From the NCBI GenBank assembly GCA_965249575.1, contig OZ252244.1, positions 1,472,001 through 1,536,000 of the forward strand: a stretch of DNA of 64,000 nucleotides, in the 5' to 3' direction. Shown piece after piece: positions 51,248 to 60,852 of this stretch (positions are counted from its first letter, which is position 1; each line of letters begins with the position of its first letter). The stretch is from Gemmatimonadales bacterium. GTDB taxonomy: Bacteria; Gemmatimonadota; Gemmatimonadetes; Gemmatimonadales; GWC2-71-9. Position numbers and translations under genes: made by a program. A model generated the notes under the pieces. That model searched no databases. It was not told the DNA's origin and saw only the letters and a list, made by a program, of their open reading frames with translations.

Positions 51248-51799
51248 ATGAGGAAGGGAGCCATCGCGCTCGTTGTCCTGTTCACCGCGGGTTGCGGGTA
51301 CAACCAGATCCAGACACTCGACGAACAGGCGAGCGCATTCCGTAGCCAGATCGAAGTCCAGCTGCAGCGGCGCGCGGACCTCGTGCCGAACCTGGTGGAA
51401 ACCGTCAAGGGGTTTGCCGCCCAGGAACAGGCGATCTTCGACGCCGTGGCGTCGGCACGCGGGCAGCTGGGGGGCGCCATCCAAGCCGGGGATCTCGCCG
51501 CCATGGCGGCAGCTAACCAAACGCTGACAGGCGCGCTCGGTCGGTTGATCGCCATCGCCGAGGACAACCCCGAGATCCAGTCGAACGAAAACTTCCGCAT
51601 GCTGCAGGATCAGCTCGAGGGCACCGAAAACCGGATCGGTACCGCGAGACAGGATTACAACAACGCGGTGGGGGGCTACAATGCCTACATCCGCCGGTTT
51701 CCGCAGGTGCTCACTGCCAAGGCGATCAGCGCCGGGCCGCGGGAGTATTTCGAAGCGCAGCCAGGCGCGCGGGAAGTCCCGAGTGTGCAGTTCAACTGA
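51248..51799 (+). CDS. lemA: LemA-family protein
   Basis: QRRADLVPNLVETVKG, LQDQLEGTENRI, YNAYIRRFP. Confidence 0.9.
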   Translation: MRKGAIALVVLFTAGCGYNQIQTLDEQASAFRSQIEVQLQRRADLVPNLVETVKGFAAQEQAIFDAVASARGQLGGAIQAGDLAAMAAANQTLTGALGRLIAIAEDNPEIQSNENFRMLQDQLEGTENRIGTARQDYNNAVGGYNAYIRRFPQVLTAKAISAGPREYFEAQPGAREVPSVQFN

Positions 51800-51801
51800 T
51801 A

Positions 51802-53228
51802 CTCGAGCGTTTACGGCGGCTCGGGCGCTGTTCGGGTGCGGGATCGCCGCCGCTTGTTTCACCTCGATGCCTTTGTTGCACGCGCAAGATCGGGTCGTGG
51901 GCGAGCAAGTACGGCCGTTCGTAAAGCTCGACGCGTCCATCGTGGCGCTCACTCACGTACGCCTGATCGACGGCACGGGCTCGCCGGCACGAGAGAATCA
52001 AACCGTCGTCGTCGTGGGCGAGCGGATCGCGGCCGTGGGACCGACAGGTACCGTAGCGATCCCACCCGGAGCGAAGGTACTGGATCGCAGCGGCCACTCC
52101 TTGATTCCCGGGATCATCGGACTGCACGACCATCTGTATTACCAGCAGCCGATGTTCTTCAGCTATCCCAAGCTGTTCTTGGCCGCCGGGGTCACGACTA
52201 TTCGCACGACCGGAAGCCGCGACGCCTATCAAGAGCTAAACCACCGCAGCGCGATCGAGGCCGGGGAAATCCCCGGGCCTGATATCCACGTGACGGGACC
52301 TTACCTGCAAGGTCCGGGACCCGGACCGGGTTGGATGCATCCGCTGACCGGACCGGAAGACGCTCGCCGCGTGGTCAGGTACTGGGCGGAAGAAGGCGTC
52401 AACTGGTTCAAAGCGTATACACAGATTTCGCGGGCCGAACTGGCCGCTGCGGTCGACGAAGCCCACCGGCACGGGGTCAAGGTAACGGGACACCTATGTT
52501 CGGTGGGGTTCCGGGAAGCCGTGGCCGCGGGCATCGACAACCTGGAGCATGGCTTCACCACCAACGCGGACTTCCTACCCGGCAAGATGCCCGATGTCTG
52601 CCCTCCCGGGCGCAGCGACAGCATTTACGCTCGCCTCGACGTTCAGAGTGAATCGGTCCAAGAAACGATCCGGTTGCTGGTCGCCAACGGGGTCGCCCTC
52701 ACCTCCACGCTGGCCGTCGAGGAGTTGGGTTCCCCGAGCCGTGTCCCGGCCGACCAGCGGGTGCTCGACGCGCTCTATGACGGGGCGCGAAGCATGGTCG
52801 AGCGCTACTTCGAGAATGCGAAGGACGTGGACGACTCCCTCGCGCGCCAGGCACTCAGGAATGCGATGGCGTTCGAGCGGGAGTTCGTGCGAGCGGGCGG
52901 CCTGCTGGCAGCGGGGTCAGATCCGTGCTGCCTCTCCTCGATAGCCAGCTACGCGGATCAACGGAACTACGAACTACTGGTCGAAGCAGGTTTCAGCCCG
53001 GAGCAATCGATCCAGATCATGACCGCGAATGGCGCAAACGTCCTCGGGATTTCCGATCGTGTCGGCACCATTGAGAAGGGCATGCAAGCCGATCTCGTCG
53101 TGCTCCGAGGTGACATCACGAGCGATCCTCGCAGTATCACCAACGTTACGGACGTGTTCCGGAGGGGCCTTGGCTACGACCCGGAGAAGCTGACCGCTGC
53201 GGTCAGAGGGTTAGTGGGGCTGAGGTAG
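51802..53228 (+). CDS. Secreted amidohydrolase-family protein; start uncertain
   Basis: PGIIGLHDH, GVTTIRT, KAY, GH, EHG, GSD, ADLVVL. Confidence 0.85.
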
Positions 53229-53284
53229 GGAATAGGGGGTAGGGGACAGGGGGTGGGGAGCCACCCCCCGCTCCCTACCCCCTA
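53228..53284. terminator. G/C-rich hairpin between convergent genes
   Basis: GGGGTAGGG...GGGGGTGG / CCACCCCC...CCCTACCCC inverted repeat. Confidence 0.55.
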
Positions 53285-54166
53285 CTTTATCTCCACGCCG
53301 GCCGCTCGCTCGATGAGCTTGATCGCTTCAACGTGATCGGCTTCCTCCCCTAGAGCTTTCCTCGCCTCTTCCATCGCGTGCTTGGCCGCGGCGATCGTTT
53401 CGTGGGGAACGCCCGTCTCCCGGAGCACGTCGAGCGCGATCCCCACGTCCTTGTCGAGCAGAGCCAGGCGGAAAGTGCGGGGCCATGTTCTCGGTACTAC
53501 CCGTTCGGGGACGAGGTTCTCGGTGACGTTCGACCGGCCGCTCGACGCGTTGATCACATCGAGCGCTGTCTGCGCCGAGACGCCGAGTTTGACCAGGGCA
53601 GCCAGTCCCTCACCTGCCGCCTCGATGCTCACGGCCAGGAGGGCGTTGTTGATGGCCTTGAGCGCATGACCAGCGCCAACCGGGCCGACGTGCGCCAGTG
53701 TGCCCGCGTAGGCTTCGAGGATCGGCTTAGCACGTTCGAAAGCTTCTCGCTCACCGCCGACCATCACCGTGAGCTTGCCTGCCTCGGCACCCGACGTTCC
53801 GCCGCTCACCGGCGCGTCGACGAATCCCACACCGCGCGAGGCGAGCCAAGCGCTAGTGGCGCGCGCTGATGCGGGGTCACCCGACGTCGCGTCGATCAGG
53901 AGTTGCCCCTCACTCCATCCGTTCGCCTCACGCTCGACGACCTCCCTCACCTCGCGCGAGGTTGGCAGGCAAGTGATGACCACCGTCGCGCCGGTGATTG
54001 CCTCGGCGGGAGTCGCTGCAATCTGTGCTCCGGTCTCCCGCGCGAACGTCTGCGCCTTCTCGCCCGTGCGATTCCACACCGTGGTGTCGAACTGCTTCGC
54101 AACATGCACCGCCATCGGGCGGCCGATCGCGCCCAAACCGATGAATCCAACCCGCGTCGTTGCCAC
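53282..54166 (-). CDS. NAD(P)-dependent 3-hydroxyisobutyrate dehydrogenase family
   Basis: GFIGLGAIG, DAPVSGG, LTVMVGG, KAINN; GGAGG SD before GTG. Confidence 0.88.
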   Translation of the reverse strand: MATTRVGFIGLGAIGRPMAVHVAKQFDTTVWNRTGEKAQTFARETGAQIAATPAEAITGATVVITCLPTSREVREVVEREANGWSEGQLLIDATSGDPASARATSAWLASRGVGFVDAPVSGGTSGAEAGKLTVMVGGEREAFERAKPILEAYAGTLAHVGPVGAGHALKAINNALLAVSIEAAGEGLAALVKLGVSAQTALDVINASSGRSNVTENLVPERVVPRTWPRTFRLALLDKDVGIALDVLRETGVPHETIAAAKHAMEEARKALGEEADHVEAIKLIERAAGVEIK

Positions 54167-54254
54167 CTTACCCCCTCCGTGAACGGGGAGAGGGGAGCAG
54201 GGCCGCGCGGCAACAGCGTGCGCCCCCCTCCCCTCTTCACTCACGCACCATCAA

Positions 54255-54794
54255 CTACACCGTGAGCATTTGCCTTCGGAGCGTCACCAGCTTCCGCCGC
54301 AACGAGCCGTCCATGATTCGATCGCCCACCCGCACGATGACGCCGCCCAGAAGGGCGGCGTCAAGACTGAAGTGTGGTATGACTTCCTTGCCAAGGACCT
54401 CCGACAGTTTCGTGGCGATGGCGCGTTGCAGAGCTCTGTCCGGCTCCCGCGCGATCGCCACGCCAGCGTGCACCCTGTTCAACTTCACATCGACCAGCAG
54501 CAGATACTCCGTTCGGATCGCCGGGAAGATCCGCTGCCGGCCTCGTTTGATGACCGCCGCAAGAAACCGAATAAACGTTTCCGATGCCCGACCAGCCAAG
54601 GCTTTCGCCAGTAACTCCTGTTTTTGCGCCTTGGGGACGCGCGGCGAGTCGAGTGCCATGTGAATCCGGTCGTCGGATTCGATGGCACCCGCCAGAGCGT
54701 CGATCAAGTCGGCAAACGCCTGCGTCTGCCTCGACGACTCGCCGAGCTCGAACAGCGCTTCCGCGTAGTTCCGCGCGATGGTCGCCTCTCTCAA
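54255..54794 (-). CDS. atpH: ATP synthase F1 delta
   Basis: IARNYAEALF; LLGGVIVRVGDRIMDGS. Confidence 0.93.
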   Translation of the reverse strand: MREATIARNYAEALFELGESSRQTQAFADLIDALAGAIESDDRIHMALDSPRVPKAQKQELLAKALAGRASETFIRFLAAVIKRGRQRIFPAIRTEYLLLVDVKLNRVHAGVAIAREPDRALQRAIATKLSEVLGKEVIPHFSLDAALLGGVIVRVGDRIMDGSLRRKLVTLRRQMLTV

Positions 54795-55345
54795 CGGCCA
54801 CTCCCCAGCGATTCGATGTAATCCCGAACGATCTTGCGGTTGGTCTCGTCGTCGAGGCGCTCGCGAATGAGCTTGGACGCGGCCGCCAGCGACAGGTCGA
54901 CCGCCTCCCGTCGGAGCTCGGTTACCGCGCGCTCCCGCTCGTTCTGGATCTCACGCCGCGCCCGCTCCAGCAGCTGCTCCTGTTCCTCCCGAGTCTTGGC
55001 CAGGAGCGTGTCACGCTCCTGCTCGGCCACCAGCTTTGCCTCGCTGAGAAGCTGCTGCGCCTCGCTCTTCGCCCCAGCCAGGAGCTTCTGGTGTTCCTCC
55101 AGAGACGCCTTGGCCTCGGCGTTCAACCGCTCGGATTCCTCCAGCTGGAGGGCGATCCGTCGCTCCCGCTCCTCCGTGGCACGAAGGATTGGCGGCCAGG
55201 CAAACTTCTTCAGGACGAAGAACAGGGCAATGAAGACGACCCACGTCCAGAAGAACAAGCCGAAATTCACCTCGAAGGGTGATGCCGGTGCTCCATCCTG
55301 GTGTTCCTGCGCCGCGAGCAGCGCGAAAGCGAGCACGGCGTGCAT
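54791..55345 (-). CDS. atpF: ATP synthase F0 b
   Basis: FFWTWVVF...KKFAWPPI followed by coiled coil. Confidence 0.93.
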   Translation of the reverse strand: MHAVLAFALLAAQEHQDGAPASPFEVNFGLFFWTWVVFIALFFVLKKFAWPPILRATEERERRIALQLEESERLNAEAKASLEEHQKLLAGAKSEAQQLLSEAKLVAEQERDTLLAKTREEQEQLLERARREIQNERERAVTELRREAVDLSLAAASKLIRERLDDETNRKIVRDYIESLGSGR

Positions 55346-55346
55346 A

Positions 55347-55646
55347 CTAGGCCACGAGCTTGAAGAGCAGCGCGAATACCAGCGCGATGATTGTCGCGCC
55401 TTCGAGGAGCACCGCGATCAGCAATGCCGCTCCACGGATCTCGGCGCCCGCCTCGGGCTGCCGGGCGATCGCCTCAGCGGCCTGGCCGCCGATACGGCCC
55501 AGTCCCAGTCCCGCACCCACAATGGCGAGCCCCAGACCGATCCCGGCGCCGAGCAGGGCATTCGTGTTCTTGGCCGCCTCGACCATCGCCGCCAGGCTCG
55601 CGCTGTCGGATGCGGCTTGCTGGACTACCGTCAACAGATTCAACAT
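55347..55646 (-). CDS. atpE: ATP synthase F0 c (no Na+-type E-S/T signature)
   Basis: GAGLGLG, IARQPEA, LLEGA. Confidence 0.93.
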   Translation of the reverse strand: MLNLLTVVQQAASDSASLAAMVEAAKNTNALLGAGIGLGLAIVGAGLGLGRIGGQAAEAIARQPEAGAEIRGAALLIAVLLEGATIIALVFALLFKLVA

Positions 55647-55842
55647 GTGAACTCGACCCCATGTCTTGGGAGATTGAGAGCCACAGCGCTTCTCGCACCG
55701 CGTGCCGTTTCTCCCGAACGGCCCCGGCACGGCAACCCGCCAACGGCCTGAGGCCAGCGGGAATCCCCGGTCGCCCGACCGGGTACACGACGGAATGGGG
55801 GAAGCGCACCGCCATTCCGGTGACAACAATCAAATGACATTG

Positions 55843-56697
55843 TCAATGCTCGTGCTGCATCAACCCGATGAATACCGATGTCAGCAGCGCGAACACGTAC
55901 GCCTGCAAGAAAGCGACGAAGATCTCCAACAGCATAATGCCCAGTACCAGCGCCGCAGTGAGGAGCCCGATACCGATATTCCATCCGTCCAGGTGCCCGA
56001 ACAGGAATATCACGCCAAAGAGAGATAGAATCACGAAGTGGCCGGCCGTCATGTTGCCAAATAGCCGAACCGCAAGAGCGAACGGCTTGACGAGTTTGCC
56101 CAGTATCTCGATTGGCGCCATAGCCACGGACATGACGACCGCGCCCGGACCCGACAAGCCCGGGACACGCGGGAAGATCGTGCGGAGGTATCCCGCTGCG
56201 CCGAGCTTCAACATGCCGCTGATTTCTATCGTCAGGAACGACAAGATCGCGAGCGACGCCGTCACCGCGAGGTTGCCGGTAGCCGTCGATCCGAATGGTA
56301 TCAGGCCCAGCAGGTTCGCGTAGAGAATGAAGAAAAACAGCGACATGATGTACGGCGCGAACTTCACACCGTCATGGCCGATATTGGCGATAGCGATGTC
56401 GTTGCGAACGAAGAGAACCATCGCCTCGATGGCGTTGGCGAAACCCTTGGGCGCGATGTCGCCGGCGCGTTGCCGCTCGAGCCTGCGCCCCGCCACCCAC
56501 ATCGTGAGGAACACGAGCAGCGCCGAGATGAACAGGAATACCACGTGCTTCGTGGGGCTCAGGTTGAGCGTGAGCGAGCCAATGTGAATGTCCGGCCATC
56601 GCGGAAGCGCCACGTGCCCCAGGGGATACAGGTCGAGCTCCCACGCATCCGCCGTGTGGTGCAGAACGACTTCGCCGATATCTGGACGCTGCGTCAT
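55843..56697 (-). CDS. atpB: ATP synthase F0 a
   Basis: NLLGLIP, KPFALAVRLFGNMTAGH, LQAYVF. Confidence 0.94.
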   Translation of the reverse strand: MTQRPDIGEVVLHHTADAWELDLYPLGHVALPRWPDIHIGSLTLNLSPTKHVVFLFISALLVFLTMWVAGRRLERQRAGDIAPKGFANAIEAMVLFVRNDIAIANIGHDGVKFAPYIMSLFFFILYANLLGLIPFGSTATGNLAVTASLAILSFLTIEISGMLKLGAAGYLRTIFPRVPGLSGPGAVVMSVAMAPIEILGKLVKPFALAVRLFGNMTAGHFVILSLFGVIFLFGHLDGWNIGIGLLTAALVLGIMLLEIFVAFLQAYVFALLTSVFIGLMQHEH

Positions 56698-57035
56698 CGG
56701 AAGAAGCGCATCTCCGCAAAGTGAAGGGGGATGAGAACCCCGAGGTACGCGAGCCCCGTGGGCAGCGGCGGGAAGTGCGAGGGAGCGACGGTCGCCACCA
56801 CCGGGATGAGCGCAATCCCTGCCAGGCGCAGCCCCATGCCGATCCCGTAGCGCCTCATGAGGTCCCGTAAAGGTGCGCTGACCACCGGGCGAAAGAACGC
56901 ATGGACGCTTGCCTGAATCCCGGTGGCCAGGAAACCAAACACGGTGCCGGGGAGGAGCGCGGTACGCCCCCACACCGCACAGAGCGCTGCCGACACGAGG
57001 GCGGTCAGCACAGTCCCGGCCACCAAGACGGTCAT
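56694..57035 (-). CDS. atpI: ATP synthase protein I-like membrane protein
   Basis: Four hydrophobic segments; ATGA-coupled upstream of atpB. Confidence 0.65.
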   Translation of the reverse strand: MTVLVAGTVLTALVSAALCAVWGRTALLPGTVFGFLATGIQASVHAFFRPVVSAPLRDLMRRYGIGMGLRLAGIALIPVVATVAPSHFPPLPTGLAYLGVLIPLHFAEMRFFR

Positions 57036-57286
57036 CGGCGCTTGTCCCGGGGCGGCTTGCGCCGCGACTCCAACTCTTCGAGGACCCTGCGGTACACGCT
57101 CAGAAAGCTGAGCCCCGCCCCCACGAGTGCCCCGACCACCGTGAAGACCGGTGTGAGCCCGAGCCATCGATCCAGAGCCCAACCGGCGGCCGTAAACATG
57201 ATGACGGCGGCGGCGAATGTGCACCCCAGCGCCATGTGACGGTAACTGTCGCCTACCTGCCTGTCCGGCCCGGGGTTAGGCTCCAT
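57032..57286 (-). CDS. AtpZ/AtpI-family protein
   Basis: GWALDRWLGLTPVFTVVG; first gene of the atp operon. Confidence 0.78.
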   Translation of the reverse strand: MEPNPGPDRQVGDSYRHMALGCTFAAAVIMFTAAGWALDRWLGLTPVFTVVGALVGAGLSFLSVYRRVLEELESRRKPPRDKRR

Positions 57287-57308
57287 CTGCAGGCCGGAAA
57301 TGTACCGC

Positions 57309-57326
57309 TTGTGAAAAAATTCGCAA
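57309..57326. promoter_or_regulatory. Rex-type operator (TTGTGAA-N4-TTCACAA, one mismatch) overlapping the putative atp promoter
   Basis: TTGTGAAAAAATTCGCAA, with the dyad extended by flanking GC; the minus strand reads TTGCGA-N16-TACATT. Confidence 0.65.
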
Positions 57327-57459
57327 GCAAACCCCGGTGGCCGAATCACGTTTTTCGCAGTACCATTCGATGCTCAACCTGAAGGGGCCCGTTTGGACAC
57401 CCACTCTGCCGGGTGCCGGCCAATCCCTTCACCACAATCGCTTGAGGGCATTCGTTTTC

Positions 57460-58488
57460 GTGAACGCAGACCCGGTGCGCGTCGCCGACAACGACGTCGA
57501 ACTCCTGGACCGAATGGCATCGGCGAAGGCGCGGTTACTTGAACAAGTATCTCACCGAGTCGTCGGTCAGCATGAGGTATTGGAAGGTATCCTCACTGCG
57601 GTGGTCTCCGGCGGGCACGCGCTACTCGTGGGTGTTCCGGGCCTGGCGAAGACCCTTATGGTTTCGACTATCGCCGAAGCCCTCGATCTCAAATTCACGC
57701 GAATTCAGTTCACGCCCGATCTCATGCCATCCGATATCACCGGCACGGAGATCATCGAGGAAGATCTGACCACCGGAAAGCGGGCGTTCCGTTTCATTCA
57801 CGGCCCCGTCTTCGCGAACATCGTCCTGGGAGACGAAATCAATCGGACGCCCCCGAAGACCCAAGCGGCCCTGCTTCAGGCAATGCAAGAGCACCAGGTA
57901 ACCGCCGCGGGCGAGACCTACCCGTTACCCGAGCCGTTCTTTGTCTTGGCCACACAGAATCCCATCGAGCAGGAAGGCACCTATCCGCTCCCGGAAGCCC
58001 AGCTCGACCGATTCATGCTGGAGCTCATGGTGCAGTACCCCAACCGCGCCGAGGAAGAACGCATCGTGGAGGAGACGACCGGCGACGAGGGCCACGACGT
58101 GCGCGCCGTGCTGGACGCGAAGGATCTCATCCAAATCCAGCACCTCGTGCGGCGTATCCCCGTGCCGAAGAGCGTTACGCGCGCGGCGGTGTCCCTGGCA
58201 CGAATGACCCGCCCATCGGACTCGGATGCGCCACAGGTGGTCAAGGAGTACGTCGCATGGGGAGCGGGTCCCCGCGCATCGCAGTACCTCGTGCTCGGAG
58301 CCAAGGCGCGGGCAGCGCTCGACGGAAGGCCCATGGCCGACCTCGACGACGTGAAAAACGTCGCGTTGGCGGTGCTGCGGCATCGCGTAGTCGCAAACTT
58401 CACCGCCGAAGCCGCCGGACGGTCGGCCCCTGATATCTGCGTGGAGCTCATCGCCAGCGCGAACTGGTCAGCGGTAACCACAGCCTGA
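57460..58488 (+). CDS. MoxR-family AAA+ ATPase
   Basis: GVPGLAKT, RIQFTPDLMPSD, DEINR, ATQNPIEQEGTYPLPEAQLDRF. Confidence 0.93.
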   Translation: MNADPVRVADNDVELLDRMASAKARLLEQVSHRVVGQHEVLEGILTAVVSGGHALLVGVPGLAKTLMVSTIAEALDLKFTRIQFTPDLMPSDITGTEIIEEDLTTGKRAFRFIHGPVFANIVLGDEINRTPPKTQAALLQAMQEHQVTAAGETYPLPEPFFVLATQNPIEQEGTYPLPEAQLDRFMLELMVQYPNRAEEERIVEETTGDEGHDVRAVLDAKDLIQIQHLVRRIPVPKSVTRAAVSLARMTRPSDSDAPQVVKEYVAWGAGPRASQYLVLGAKARAALDGRPMADLDDVKNVALAVLRHRVVANFTAEAAGRSAPDICVELIASANWSAVTTA

Positions 58489-58498
58489 GGTGAAGACG

Positions 58499-58522
58499 GC
58501 CGGCGCGCAGACGCGCGCCGGC
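58499..58522. terminator. Hairpin between convergent moxR and terC
   Basis: Perfect 10-bp stem GCCGGCGCGC-AGAC-GCGCGCCGGC. Confidence 0.55.
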
Positions 58523-58547
58523 GCCCCCATTTTCGAGAACGCTGTTC

Positions 58548-59468
58548 CTACTCGTCTCTGATCGGCGACGAGGCGAGCCGGTTGCGGATCATCGACGCCG
58601 CGACGGAGAGCAGGAGAATCCCACCGACCACGCCCAACGCAGCACCGATTGGAACCCGGAACACATGGGACACCAGCATCTTCGCGCCGGTGAAGACCAG
58701 GATGGCCGAGAGGCCGTAGTGGAGGTAGACGAACATCGGCATGATGCCCGCAATCGCGAAGTAGAGTGACCTTAGGCCCAAAATGGCGAACACGTTCGAG
58801 GTGTACACCACGAAGGGATCCAGGGTGATGGACAGCGCGGCGGGTACCGAATCGATGGCAAAGACCACGTCCGTGCTCTCGATGGCAATCAGGACGACGA
58901 AGAGCGGTGTAGCAACCATCCGACCGGCCCGGCGGACGAAGAACCTGGTTCCGTCGTAGTTCTCGGAGACGGGGAACACACGGCGGAATAGCCGGAGAAC
59001 CGGATTTCTCTCCGGGTGCACGTCGCGGTCCTTTTGAAGTCCCAGCCGAATGCCCGTCACGACCAGGAGCACGCCCAGAACGTACACCAACCACTCCACC
59101 CGCTGGATCGCCGCCACGCCCACCGCGATGAAAATCGCCCGGAGTATGACCGCGCCGATGATGCCCCAGAACAGACATTTGTGATGGAGGTGGGACGGCG
59201 TGTTGAAGTACGAGAAGATGACGAGAAAGACGAACAGGTTGTCTACGCTGAGGGATTCTTCGATCAAATAGCAGGTGAGGAACTCGAGCGCCACGCGCTG
59301 CCCGCGCGTAACCCACACCAAGACCATAAACAGGAGCGCGAGCCCGACCCACACACCCACCCATGCCAGTGCTTCCCGAAGGCGCACCTCCCGCGCCTTG
59401 CGATGCAGAACGCCGAGGTCGACGGCCAGCATCGCGACGACCACGAGTCCAAAAACGAGCCACAGCAT
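58548..59468 (-). CDS. TerC/Alx-family membrane protein
   Basis: SLSVDNLFVF, DVVFAIDSVPA, FAILGLRSLYF. Confidence 0.92.
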   Translation of the reverse strand: MLWLVFGLVVVAMLAVDLGVLHRKAREVRLREALAWVGVWVGLALLFMVLVWVTRGQRVALEFLTCYLIEESLSVDNLFVFLVIFSYFNTPSHLHHKCLFWGIIGAVILRAIFIAVGVAAIQRVEWLVYVLGVLLVVTGIRLGLQKDRDVHPERNPVLRLFRRVFPVSENYDGTRFFVRRAGRMVATPLFVVLIAIESTDVVFAIDSVPAALSITLDPFVVYTSNVFAILGLRSLYFAIAGIMPMFVYLHYGLSAILVFTGAKMLVSHVFRVPIGAALGVVGGILLLSVAASMIRNRLASSPIRDE

Positions 59469-59481
59469 CGACTACGCCCGG

Positions 59482-60783
59482 TCAGGCAGCGACCCGTTCG
59501 ACCTCCGCCGGCTCCTCCGTAGCCTGCTCGGGCCGCCAGCCCGCTTCCACCCGCGATACGTAGACGGCCGCGCTAAGATCGCCCGAGACGTTGAGCGTCG
59601 TACGACACATGTCGAGGATCCGATCCACGCCGAGAATGATGGCGATGCCCTCTGGCGGAATGCCGACCGTCGCGAGAATGACCATGATCAGGGGCAGGGA
59701 GCCTCCGGGAACCCCGGCGGCCCCGATCGCCGTGATCACCGAGAGAATGATCACGATCACTTGCTGCCCGAGATCGAGGTTCACGCCGAAGACCTGCGCG
59801 AGAAACAGTACGGTCACGCCCTCGTAGAGCGACGTACCGTTCATGTTCATGGTCGCGCCCAGCGGAAGTACGAAGCCGGCGATCTTCGGTGGGAGCTTCA
59901 ACTCCTTCTCAGCCACCGCGATGTTGGTGGGCAGCGTGGCCATGCTCGAGCTCGTGGAGAAGCCCGTGATCACGATGGCCCGTGCCTTCTTCCAGAACAC
60001 CAGCGGGTTCAACCGGCCAAAGACGCGCACCAGAATGGACAGCCCCACCGAGGCGTGAATGAACAAACCGATCACCACGATCGCTACGTAGGCAGAGAGC
60101 TGCTGGAGTATTTCCCAACCGAACCGTGATGTTACGACAAAGATCAGCCCGAACACGCCGTACGGCGCGATCTTCATGGCGAAATCGATGATCTTCACCA
60201 CGACTTCGCCCAGCGCCTCGACGACTTTGATGAGCGGCTCGGCCCGGTCCCTCGGGATCAGGGTGAGCGCAGCACCGAACACGATCGAGAAGAAGATGAC
60301 GCCGAGCATCTGCGACCCCGCAGCGGCGGCCACCGGATTCCGCGGCACGATGTCCAGGAACATGCCCACGCCGAACTCAGTGGTTCCAGAGGCCTGCACG
60401 CCTTCGGCTTGCCCGCGGAACGTCTCGAAGAGCTGCTGCCGCAGTACGGGATCGATCCCGGCACCAGGTTGAAACACGTTAACGAGGGTGAGGCCGAGGA
60501 CGGCGGAGATCACGGTGGACACCAGGAAGTACCCGAGTGCCCGCCCGCCGACTCGCCCGAGTTTAGTCAGGTCACCGAGCCCCGCGACGCCCAAAACGAT
60601 TGATGCGAACACCAATGGGATGACGGTCATGAGGAGCATGCGCAGGAAGACCTGACCGACGGGATAGGCGACGTTGTCGGCAAGCCAAAGGACCCACCCG
60701 GCGTCTGCGGCAAATGCATTCGCCGCGACCCCGCATACTGCCCCCAAACCGAGACCCAGCAGAATCTTGTTGTGTAGCTTCAA
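59482..60783 (-). CDS. Dicarboxylate/amino acid:cation symporter (GltP/DAACS)
   Basis: FSTSSSMATLP, GATMNMNGT, GVDRILDMCRT. Confidence 0.92.
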   Translation of the reverse strand: MKLHNKILLGLGLGAVCGVAANAFAADAGWVLWLADNVAYPVGQVFLRMLLMTVIPLVFASIVLGVAGLGDLTKLGRVGGRALGYFLVSTVISAVLGLTLVNVFQPGAGIDPVLRQQLFETFRGQAEGVQASGTTEFGVGMFLDIVPRNPVAAAAGSQMLGVIFFSIVFGAALTLIPRDRAEPLIKVVEALGEVVVKIIDFAMKIAPYGVFGLIFVVTSRFGWEILQQLSAYVAIVVIGLFIHASVGLSILVRVFGRLNPLVFWKKARAIVITGFSTSSSMATLPTNIAVAEKELKLPPKIAGFVLPLGATMNMNGTSLYEGVTVLFLAQVFGVNLDLGQQVIVIILSVITAIGAAGVPGGSLPLIMVILATVGIPPEGIAIILGVDRILDMCRTTLNVSGDLSAAVYVSRVEAGWRPEQATEEPAEVERVAA

Positions 60784-60852
60784 GCGTCCTCCCCGTCATG
60801 CGAGCGCATCAATCTATGCCGCAGATGCCGGCCGTCCAGCTATCTCTACCCC

